DNA of 64,000 nt. Source: Spirochaetia bacterium. Lineage in GTDB: Bacteria; Spirochaetota; Spirochaetia; SZUA-6; Bin103. The notes beneath the pieces are model-generated. The model was not told where the DNA came from and did no database searches. It saw only the letters and a list, made by a program, of their open reading frames with translations. Of this stretch, positions 34,337 to 42,614 are shown piece by piece (the first letter of the stretch is position 1; the number at the start of each line of letters is the position of its first letter). Location of the stretch: assembly GCA_965203055.1 (NCBI GenBank), contig OZ241863.1:288001-352000 (forward strand). Reading direction: 5' to 3'. A program made the translations under genes and the position numbers.

Positions 34337-35149
34337 ATGACCGAAGAACAACGCTATCTGTTCGATGCCTTCGGGTACCTGATCGTCCCCGGCGTGGTCA
34401 CGCAGGGGCAGATCGAGGAACTGCGGGCAACGTTGCGCGCGCCGCTGGAACAGGCCGACCGCGAGGCGCCGCAGGAAGGGCCGCTGCACTGGTCGCCGGC
34501 GTGGCGCGATCTGCTGGACCTGCCGGGGTTGAGCCCGCTCCTGGAGGAGCTGATCGGCAACCATGCCCGCGCCGCTGAGTTGCCCGCGGGCCTGCCGACC
34601 TTCCGCATCGATCACGTCAACGTCCATACTCACGTGGCCAAAGGATTTCCGGGAGGGCGCCTGCACGGCGGCTGGAAGGGGACCGGCGGCTCGCAGTTCT
34701 TCCGCTACCACGACGGGCAGTTCTACAACGGACTGGTGGCGGTGGCGTTCGAGCTGTTCGACACCCATCCCAACGGCGGCGGCTTCTGCTGCATTCCCGG
34801 CACCCACAAGGCGAATCTTCCGCTGCCCGACCAGTGGCGCGACCTGAGCCGGGGCATCCACCCCAGCGTGCTGCGGGTGCCGGCCCGCCCCGGCGACGCG
34901 ATCGTGTTCACCGAGGCGCTGACCCACGGCACCCTGCCCTGGACCGCGGCGGCGCCGCGCAGCACCCTGTTCTACAAGTTCTCGCCGCACGGCACCTCGT
35001 GGGGCGGCGCCTACTTCGACCCCGGCGACTATCGCCGCTACCCCGACGTGGACGACCGCAAGCTGGCGCTGCTGGAACCGCCCAACGCGCGCTACCGCGG
35101 GCGCCCGACCATTCCGGAACCGCTCGCCGCGGCCCGCACGGAGGAGTGA
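34337..35149 (+). CDS. Phytanoyl-CoA dioxygenase-family (Fe/2OG) protein
   Basis: QRYLFDAFGYL, GGFCCIPGTHK, GDAIVFTEALTHGTLPW. Confidence 0.85.
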   Translation: MTEEQRYLFDAFGYLIVPGVVTQGQIEELRATLRAPLEQADREAPQEGPLHWSPAWRDLLDLPGLSPLLEELIGNHARAAELPAGLPTFRIDHVNVHTHVAKGFPGGRLHGGWKGTGGSQFFRYHDGQFYNGLVAVAFELFDTHPNGGGFCCIPGTHKANLPLPDQWRDLSRGIHPSVLRVPARPGDAIVFTEALTHGTLPWTAAAPRSTLFYKFSPHGTSWGGAYFDPGDYRRYPDVDDRKLALLEPPNARYRGRPTIPEPLAAARTEE

Positions 35150-35154
35150 CGGCG

Positions 35155-36135
35155 ATGGAGATTCTCGACCCCGGCCGCGAGATCGTCGATCCGCACCACC
35201 ACCTGTGGAGCGACGCGCGCCGCGGCGACTACCTGCTGGCCGATCTGTACGCGGATACCGGCACCGGCCACAACGTGGTGCAGACGATGTTCGTCGAATG
35301 CGGCGCCGGCTACCGCAGCCGCGGGCCGGAGCACCTGCGGACGGTCGGCGAGACCGAGTGGGTGGCGGGGATCGCGCGCGCCTCGGCGGCCGGCCCCGGC
35401 CCGGAAATCGTCGGCATCGTCGCCTGCGCCGACCTGGCGCTGGGCGACCTGCTGCCGGAGGCGCTGGACGCGCACCTGGCGGCCGGCGGCGGCCTCCTGC
35501 GCGGGATCCGCCACGGACTGGCGCGCGGCAGTCACCGGCCCGGCACCGAGAACGCTCCCGGCCCGGCGCGCGCCGGGCTGGCGGCGGAAGAGCCGTTCCG
35601 GGCCGGCGTCCGCATGCTCGGGCGGCGCGGCCTCACCTACGAGAGCTGGCACTACCACTATCAGATGGGCGAGTTCCTTGAAGTCGCGCGCAGCGCGCCC
35701 GACACCCGCATCATTCTCGATCACTTCGGCACGCCGGTGGGCGTCGGCCGATTCCGCGCGCGCCGCGACCAGATCTTCGCGCAATCGAAGCGCGACGTGG
35801 CGGCCGCCGCGGCGCTGCCCAACGTGGTGGCCAAGCTGGGCGGGCTGGCGATGGCCGACAACGGCTTTGGCTGGGACCGGCGCGCGGAGCCGGTTACGGC
35901 GGAGGAGTTCGCGGCCGCCCAGCGGGAGTACTACCTGCACGCCATCGACTGCTTCGGCACCGAACGCTGCATGTTCGAGAGCAACTTCCCGGTGGAGAAG
36001 GTGTCGGTCTCCTACCCGGTGCTCTACAACGCCTTCAAGCTGATGACCGCCGACTTCTCCGAGGCCGACAAAGACGCCCTGTTCAGCGCCACCGCCCGCC
36101 GCGTCTACGGCCTCCCGCCCGCCGCCGGCGGCTGA
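35155..36135 (+). CDS. Amidohydrolase-family protein (Amidohydro_2, lactonase-like)
   Basis: VDPHHHLW, LRGIRH, ILDHFG, RCMFESNFP. Confidence 0.88.
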   Translation: MEILDPGREIVDPHHHLWSDARRGDYLLADLYADTGTGHNVVQTMFVECGAGYRSRGPEHLRTVGETEWVAGIARASAAGPGPEIVGIVACADLALGDLLPEALDAHLAAGGGLLRGIRHGLARGSHRPGTENAPGPARAGLAAEEPFRAGVRMLGRRGLTYESWHYHYQMGEFLEVARSAPDTRIILDHFGTPVGVGRFRARRDQIFAQSKRDVAAAAALPNVVAKLGGLAMADNGFGWDRRAEPVTAEEFAAAQREYYLHAIDCFGTERCMFESNFPVEKVSVSYPVLYNAFKLMTADFSEADKDALFSATARRVYGLPPAAGG

Positions 36136-37808
36136 GGTTGAGGGCCGTCGTTCGCGCGCGCGTAGAGTTCGTCGAACAGGCGTTGGGCCGCGCGGTGGTC
36201 TCCGGCTCGCTTGCTCAGAATCGCGGCTTCGAGCAGGTCGTCCTGTCCGCTCCCGGCCGGCACCCGGCCCAGCCAGGCGCGCGCTTCGTCGCTCCGCCCC
36301 CGGTTCAGCAAGGCTGCGCCATAGCGCAGGTAGGGCTGAGCCACGTCGGTCCGGTGCTCGGCCGAGTCGAAACGCTCCAGATGCGCCTTGGCAAGCCGGA
36401 GGTCGTCCAAGACCGCCGCATACTCGATGAGCTGTCCGGCGACCGCGCCGGAACCCGGCTGATCTTCCGCCGCGCGCGCCAAGTGGTCGAGGGCTTGGCG
36501 GCGTTTGCCGGTGGCCCACAGCATGGCGCTTTCCCGCAGCGCGTGGATCACCCGGTAGCGCGGATGAACCGGCAGGATCACCCGGAAGTAGGTGCGCGCG
36601 GCGTCGAAGTCGAAGCGCGGCTCCGGGGACCCGCTTTCCCTCATGTGGCGGCGTATCTTCGGCACGCCGGTGCCTCTCGACTCGGCGAGTCTGAGCTCCT
36701 TCAGGAAGCCGCCGATGCGCCGGTTCCTTGCCGGCACCGCCGGCACCGCGCCGCCGCCGTCGAAATGGAACAGTTCGACGCCGCGTACGGGTCCGGGGTA
36801 GCTGGTGATCTCCATCCGGTCCGGATAGACGTAGACCTTGGTTGGCTCGACCTCCCCATAGGAGCGGTGATATACCGCGTTGACCACCGCTTCCCGGATC
36901 GCCTCATACGGATAGGTCACCATTCGGTCGGCTTCCGCTCTACCCGACACCTTCTCGATGATCGTACTGCCAAGCGACTCCAGGTAGCTCAAAGCCTCTC
37001 TCACCTGATGGTGGAGCGGCCCCTGTATCGTCTGCTCCTCGATGAGGTCGCCGCCGGCGTCATCGGCAAATTGCACGACGTCGATCTGCGCTCCGGGAAA
37101 CACCTGGTGCGGATCATCGGTGAAGAACAGAAGGGCGACGTTGCGCGGCGCCTCGTGAGCATTCAGACGAGAGGTGAGCTGCATCCGCGAATAGACGCCG
37201 CGGCTGAACGGAATGGTCCGGCCTATCTCGCTGCCAATATCGGCCAGGAACCGCTTCACCAATCGTTCCGACACGTCATCGACCCCCACGGCCCTGTTGA
37301 TGCGGTCATCGAACGGAATCTTCGCCGCCTGCTCGAACAGTTGCGAGCGCAGCGCGCCTCTCGCTTCCACGGTCTCCGATCCCTCGCGGACGTAGTACGC
37401 TCGGTCGCTGCCAGCCGCGGTCTTCGGAGCTTCGTAGGGGCGGTTGTCGCCGCCCGGCGCCCAGATCACCAGAATGGAGCGGTCTTCATAGAGCGCCGGA
37501 AAGAGAATCGGGTGATAGAATGGATTGATCCGGTTGCATCGGCCGAGAATCTCTCTCTGTATTCTGTCCAGGTTGGCCGCTTCCAGGCCGCGCGGCGGGA
37601 GCACCGGATTGCCTCTGTCGTCGGTCTCGACACCCAGAATCACGTATCCGCCATTCAGGTTCAACAGGTCGTTCGCGAAGGCGCAGACGGTGCGTACCAC
37701 CGACGCCTGCGTCGCCGGATTCCAGGCCGCCTTGAACTCTCGCCTGTTGTCCTCTACGGACCTGGCATGGATCAGATCGTCGAGACCGACCGGAAGCCCG
37801 CTCTCCAT
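36105..37808 (-). CDS. Schlafen/AlbA_2 domain + HATPase_c_4 protein with helical (TPR-like) tail
   Basis: EDNRREFK, CAFAND..GGYVILGV, YPYEAIREAVVNAVYHRSY, RNRRIG, ESRGTGVPKI. Confidence 0.85.
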   Translation of the reverse strand: MESGLPVGLDDLIHARSVEDNRREFKAAWNPATQASVVRTVCAFANDLLNLNGGYVILGVETDDRGNPVLPPRGLEAANLDRIQREILGRCNRINPFYHPILFPALYEDRSILVIWAPGGDNRPYEAPKTAAGSDRAYYVREGSETVEARGALRSQLFEQAAKIPFDDRINRAVGVDDVSERLVKRFLADIGSEIGRTIPFSRGVYSRMQLTSRLNAHEAPRNVALLFFTDDPHQVFPGAQIDVVQFADDAGGDLIEEQTIQGPLHHQVREALSYLESLGSTIIEKVSGRAEADRMVTYPYEAIREAVVNAVYHRSYGEVEPTKVYVYPDRMEITSYPGPVRGVELFHFDGGGAVPAVPARNRRIGGFLKELRLAESRGTGVPKIRRHMRESGSPEPRFDFDAARTYFRVILPVHPRYRVIHALRESAMLWATGKRRQALDHLARAAEDQPGSGAVAGQLIEYAAVLDDLRLAKAHLERFDSAEHRTDVAQPYLRYGAALLNRGRSDEARAWLGRVPAGSGQDDLLEAAILSKRAGDHRAAQRLFDELYARANDGPQPQPPAAGGRP

Positions 37809-37866
37809 CGCTACAGTTCTGCCTGAAGAAGACGATGCTGCCATGTATCGCATCCGCACTCGATTC

Positions 37867-38556
37867 TCAGAACGGTAACAGCTCGTTGAGAATACACGTT
37901 CGTGCGGGAATACCGGTCAAGGCATCCGCAATGGTGTCATCGTCGAGGATCTCGGCCCCTTCCCTCCTGAGCTCGACCGCGGACTCCGGTATGAACAACG
38001 GGCGGCCGAGCCGGAGCGCTTCCCAACCCTGGTATCGAGTGCCGCTGTTCGGACCTGCCTCGACGATCACGGTTGCCGCCGAAAGCAAGGCCATCGTTCG
38101 ATTGCGTAGCGCGAAGTTCATCTTCAGAATCGGTGTTCCCTCGGGAAACTGCGTCACCGCGGCGTGATCGCGGATGATCCGCTGCTGCAGCCTGGAGTTA
38201 CCGGGCGGCGTTGCCTGGTCCAATGGAGTGGCAAGCACCGCAACCGTACGGCCTCCGCAGTCCATGGCCGTTTCGTGCGCGACCGTATCGATTCCCCGGG
38301 CCAGACCGCTCACCACGACCATGTCACGCCGAACCAGTTCCCGCGCGAGGCGGCGAGTCCGACGAATCCCGGCGGGGGATGGCGACCGTGAACCGACCAC
38401 CGAAACCAGGGTGCCCGACTTGAAGATCGATGCGTCGCCGCCGATCCAGAGCCGCTTGGGAGCGCGCTTGCGTTCCAACTCATCGAGCGGACCGATCAGG
38501 TCTTCGACCGTCACCATCTTCCCGAAGCCGGATGCCCTCGCGTCGCTGACCGCCAT
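37867..38556 (-). CDS. DprA/SMF-like Rossmann-fold protein (short form)
   Basis: VSVVGSR, VVSGLARGIDTVAH, RNRTM, VIVEAGPNSGT. Confidence 0.88.
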   Translation of the reverse strand: MAVSDARASGFGKMVTVEDLIGPLDELERKRAPKRLWIGGDASIFKSGTLVSVVGSRSPSPAGIRRTRRLARELVRRDMVVVSGLARGIDTVAHETAMDCGGRTVAVLATPLDQATPPGNSRLQQRIIRDHAAVTQFPEGTPILKMNFALRNRTMALLSAATVIVEAGPNSGTRYQGWEALRLGRPLFIPESAVELRREGAEILDDDTIADALTGIPARTCILNELLPF

Positions 38557-38760
38557 CACCGCCCCCTTCCCAACGGGCCGATCATCATCACATCGAGCGG
38601 CGGATGACAACAACCGCCGCTTCGAGCGAGCGCGGGCTGGGGCGGGATGGCCGGCAGGCGTCGAACCGGGTGTCCGGCAGCCTTGCGGTTGGCGCGGTTC
38701 GGCGCGGACGACCAGCTCCGGCGGCCGGGTATAATCCGCCCAGGCAGGTACCATACCATA

Positions 38761-40008
38761 ATGACCAAGCTTGAATTGATCGAATTGATCCGCAACCACG
38801 AGAACTCGGGCGTCGAGTTCAAGCGCGACGACATCACCGCCGACCGGCTGGCCGCGGAGATGGCGGCGCTCTTGAATCGCGAAGGCGGCCATATTCTGCT
38901 GGGAGTAGAGGATGATCAGACCGTCAGCGGACTTACGCGCGACAGGATGAAGGCGGAGGAATGGGTCATGGAAGCGGCCCGGTCGCACGTGCAGCCGGCC
39001 ACGATCCCCTCCTGGGAGACGATCCGATGGGATGACGACAAGGTGGTTGGCGTGGTGTCGCTTCCCGCGGACGCCCCGGACAAGCCGTACAAGGCGAAAC
39101 GGGGATCGGGTTGGGTCACCAGGATACGGGTCGGGACCACCACGCGCGATGCCACCCGCGAGGAGGAGGAACGCCTCTACCAACAGTCGGGACAGCTTCA
39201 ATACGAGTTGAAGCCGGTGCCGAGAGCGCCGGGAACCGACGTCGACACCCTCGATCTGCGCCGCCTGCGCGACTACTTTACTCGCGTCCTGGCAGGAACT
39301 GCTCCGAGCGACGACGACGTGGGGGCCTGGAGCACCCTGTTGGCGAACCTGGACTTGGCGACCGCCTCCATTGGCCGCACGACGGCGACCATCGGTGGAG
39401 TGCTGCTGTTCGGGAAGAATCCCAAGCGGTGGCTGCCGCAGTCGGGCATTCGGGCGATCTGCTACCCCGGCGCGCAGCCGGACTACGCGACCCGCGCCGA
39501 CCAGGATCTGCGCGGCCCTCTGGCGCCGCTCCACGCTCGGGACGGCCTGCTCGTGGAGCCGGGGTTGGTGGATCAGGCGTGGGACTTCGTTCGCCGCAAC
39601 ACGACGCCGACTGCGTGGCTCGAAGGCCCCCGGAGGGTCGACCGCTGGGAATACCCGGAAGAGGTGGTTCGCGAAGCAATGGCGAACGCGCTCATCCACC
39701 GCGACTACAGCATCGCCGGCACCGACGTCATGCTGGTCATCTACTCCAACCGCCTCGAAATCGTGAGCCCGGGCCGGCTTCCCAACACCGTGACCCCCGA
39801 AGGTATGAAGCTGGGCGCCCGGTATGCCCGCAATCAGCTCCTGGTCAACGTCATGCGCGACTACGGATACGTCGATGCTCGCGGCATGGGAGTACGCAAC
39901 AAGATCATCCCCGGGATGAAGGCGCACAACGGCACCGAGCCCGACCTGATCGAGGAGGAATACCGCTTCACCGTCCGCCTGTGGAAGGAGGCAACGCGCG
40001 GCTGCTGA
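38761..40008 (+). CDS. Schlafen/AlbA_2 domain + HATPase_c_4 protein
   Basis: ENSGVEFK, LNREGGHILLGVEDD, REAMANALIHRDY, IVSPG, RGMGVR. Confidence 0.88.
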   Translation: MTKLELIELIRNHENSGVEFKRDDITADRLAAEMAALLNREGGHILLGVEDDQTVSGLTRDRMKAEEWVMEAARSHVQPATIPSWETIRWDDDKVVGVVSLPADAPDKPYKAKRGSGWVTRIRVGTTTRDATREEEERLYQQSGQLQYELKPVPRAPGTDVDTLDLRRLRDYFTRVLAGTAPSDDDVGAWSTLLANLDLATASIGRTTATIGGVLLFGKNPKRWLPQSGIRAICYPGAQPDYATRADQDLRGPLAPLHARDGLLVEPGLVDQAWDFVRRNTTPTAWLEGPRRVDRWEYPEEVVREAMANALIHRDYSIAGTDVMLVIYSNRLEIVSPGRLPNTVTPEGMKLGARYARNQLLVNVMRDYGYVDARGMGVRNKIIPGMKAHNGTEPDLIEEEYRFTVRLWKEATRGC

Positions 40009-40079
40009 GACGGTCTACGCCGGCACGGTCGTCGGTGAATGATTCCGGGATCGCGCTCGCGGCCATCACACGATGTCGG

Positions 40080-40467
40080 GGGTGGGGTCGCCGACGGCGC
40101 CGAGCGGCAGACCGGACGGGTCGACGAGGCGATCTTGTGGACCAGCCGCGCCTTGCGCAGCAGGTCGAACGCCCGCCGGTTGGTCGGCCCCGAGTGGCCG
40201 CGGTCCAGGCGCGCGTACTTGATCTGATCGCCGATGGTGCGCGCCGCGCTGAGGAGCACCGCGTCCAGGCAGGTCGGGTCCGCCCGCGGCGCGTACTTCG
40301 CGAAATCGTCGCGGCAGGTGCCGATGATCTCACGCTGGACCCGGGACCTCGGCAAAGCGCCTGATCAGCCAGGTCTTGCCCACCTGGCGCGCGCCTCTGA
40401 CGATGAGCGGCTTGCGCCGGGCTGCGGACTTCCACTTGGCGAGCTGTTCCTGTGCGAACCGATACAT
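40080..40467 (-). pseudogene. Relic of an AAA ATPase (AAA_14/DUF4143-type)
   Basis: MYRFAQEQLAKWKSAARRKPLIVRGARQVGKTWL then, out of frame, a distal fragment (DDFAKYA...IKYARL); large deletion; lower boundary approximate. Confidence 0.7.
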
Positions 40468-40664
40468 GCCCAAATTGCCCTCGAACGTCCCTTCCGCGCA
40501 CGTGTCGTTAGAAAGTCAAGGCACTTTCTAACGGCTCCCATTGGAAAGTCAAGGCAAAACAGGACAGGACAGGGGGCGCATTCCCAAAAATGCAGGTAAG
40601 CGTCAGGCCGCTTGGCGGCCAAGCCCAAGTCCCAGTGTAAGATGACATCTCTCGGCGATCTCGA

Positions 40665-42010
40665 TCACCGGTCTACCGGCGTCTGACGATCCTCGCCGGG
40701 GCGGCCGAATCCGGCGCCGGCGTGGCGGTAGCGGTGATGGGCGGCGCACAGCAGGCGGAGATTGTTCGGCTCGGCGGCGCCGCCGCGAGCATACGGCACG
40801 ACGTGATCGATCTGCAGCAGGTGTTGGGAGCCGCAGCGGCGCCCGCTGGCGCGGTCCACGTAGCAGCAGCGGCCGCGGTCGCGCCGCCACACATCGCGCT
40901 TGACCGCCGCCGGGATGGCGCGACCGGTCGCGCCGCCCGTCTTCGCTGCCGAAGTCCGGGTCCGCGGTGCGGCAGGCGGCTGCGCGCAGGCCGTCGCAGC
41001 CTGCCGGCCGGGGCGTCGCGTCTTCGCCGCCGAAGTTGCCTCGCCCGCCGTCTTCGCTGCCGAAGTGTCCGGGCGGTCAGCGGCTTGGTCTCCCGGCTCC
41101 GCCGGCGCCTTTGCCGATACCTTCGCCGCCGAAGGAGCGGCGCGGTCCGCGCTCGCCTCCTGCTTCGCTGCCGAGGCAGCTCCGCGAGCCGAGGCCGCCT
41201 GCGTCTTCGGCGCCGAAGTTTGCTCGGCGCCTTTGGCCGGCGCGCCGCGCCGCCCGCGCGGCGGCCGGGCCGGGTCGTGGCGGTCGAGCCCTTCCCGCAC
41301 CAGCCGTCCCATGATCTGCCCCATCGTCATGCGCGGGTCGACGTGGGACAGGAGGCCCTTGAGCCGCTCCAAGCCGCGCCGGCACTCATCGTCGATCACC
41401 GCCTTGAGTTCCCAGCGCCCGCCGCCCAGGGGCCGCACCCGATCCGCCGGCGCCGCCAGCTCCGGGTCCACCTCGGCCAGCAACTGCATCACTTGCCGGA
41501 CGCCTGCTCCACCAGCTCCCGCCGCGCCTCCGAGTCCAGCACCGGCTCCGGCGCCGACACCGGCTTCCGCTCCGCCGGCCGCGGCGGCGCCGAGCCCTCC
41601 CGCGACTGAGCGGCAGCCCCGCACCCGGTCCCGCGCGGCGCGCTACGCGCCGCGCGTTCCTTCTTGCGCTCCTGCCGGTCGAAGGCGTTCTGCAACTGCG
41701 CCGCCGCATTCAGCGTCATCGTGCCATTCTGCAGGCGCTCGCGCGCGCCCTCGACGTCCGCGCAGAGGCGCATCGCCTTGATGCGCCGCCACGCCGCAGC
41801 GTCGCTGTAACCCAGTTCGCGCACCGCGTAATCGAACAGGCTCGAGAACCCGCGCCGCAGATACAGACGCCGCTTCTGAATCTCGCGCAGGTGGTCGATC
41901 ACGACCACTTCGAGATGGTGTTCGATGCGGGAAAGTTCCTTGGTCCGCTCCAGCAAGCGGTCGTCTGAGAGGGCGGATACGGTAGTGGTGACGGCCCCGT
42001 CGGAAGCATG
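40665..42010 (-). pseudogene. DUF222-like/HNH endonuclease, frameshifted near 41995 and 41490
   Basis: N-terminus LSDDRLLERTKEL...GFSSLFDYAVRELGYSDAAAWRRI; C-terminus IPAAVKRDVWRRDRGRCCY...C...IDHVVPYARGG...NLRLLCAAHH. Confidence 0.82.
40941..41219. repeat. Six palindromic 14-mers CTTCG-N4-CGA(A/G)G (coding TSAAK-like peptides)
   Basis: Copies start at 40941, 41022, 41052, 41121, 41163 and 41205. Confidence 0.85.
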
Positions 42011-42184
42011 ATTGTTAATGACATAAGTATAATCATGGAAACTACTTGAGTCAAGTTATTCGGCTCGAAATATGCCACCTGCAGGGGTGTACCAACACAT
42101 TGGAAGTGCGCCCCGGGGCAGGCAGCGTTCTTCTGTCCGTCCGCGGCGCGGCCGGTCGTCGTTTCCTGATATACTTGTTGAGCT

Positions 42185-42577
42185 ATGGAGATCGGCGCGT
42201 TCTCGGTGAGCCTGGCGGTCAAGGACCTGCCGGCGGCGAAGGCATTCTACGAGAAGCTGGGGTTTTCGCAGACCGGCGGGGATGGCAGGGGCTACGTGAT
42301 GATGGTCAATGGGAGCGCGACGATCGGGCTGTTTCGGGGGATGTTCGAAGGCAACATCCTGACCTTCAATCCCGGTCTGCGGCAGGACGGATCGCGGCTG
42401 GACCAGTTCACCGACGTCCGCGAGATCCGCGCGGCGCTGACCGCGCAGGGTATCGAGCTCGACACCGACACCGATCCCGCCGGCACCGGCCCCGCCCACG
42501 TCACGTTCCGCGATCCCGACGGCAACGCCATTCTGATCGACCAGTTCTTCCCGCAGCCCGGGACCGATCCAAGCTGA
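42185..42577 (+). CDS. VOC/glyoxalase-family protein
   Basis: [30 protein letters not shown]. Confidence 0.88.
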   Translation: MEIGAFSVSLAVKDLPAAKAFYEKLGFSQTGGDGRGYVMMVNGSATIGLFRGMFEGNILTFNPGLRQDGSRLDQFTDVREIRAALTAQGIELDTDTDPAGTGPAHVTFRDPDGNAILIDQFFPQPGTDPS

Positions 42578-42614
42578 GGCACCGTCCGCATATTGCAGCG
42601 GCGATCGTAGCGTC

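Larger units (their letters stand above)
40574..42113 (-). mobile_element. Putative non-autonomous element with ISKra4-type ends carrying an HNH gene
   Basis: Left GGGCGCATTCCCAAAAATGCAGGTA; right (reverse complement) GGGCGCACTTCCAATGTGTTGGTA; both resemble the IRs at 25014 and 26536. Confidence 0.68.

Noticed and set aside
40511..40556. Direct repeat GAAAGTCAAGGCA (40511-40523 and 40544-40556)
   Set aside because: Only two copies upstream of a dead AAA gene; possibly a promoter or operator remnant, but not supportable further.
40941..41219. CRISPR array
   Set aside because: Repeats are only 14 nt, irregularly spaced and in frame within a CDS, and no cas genes are present; kept only as an unusual repeat.
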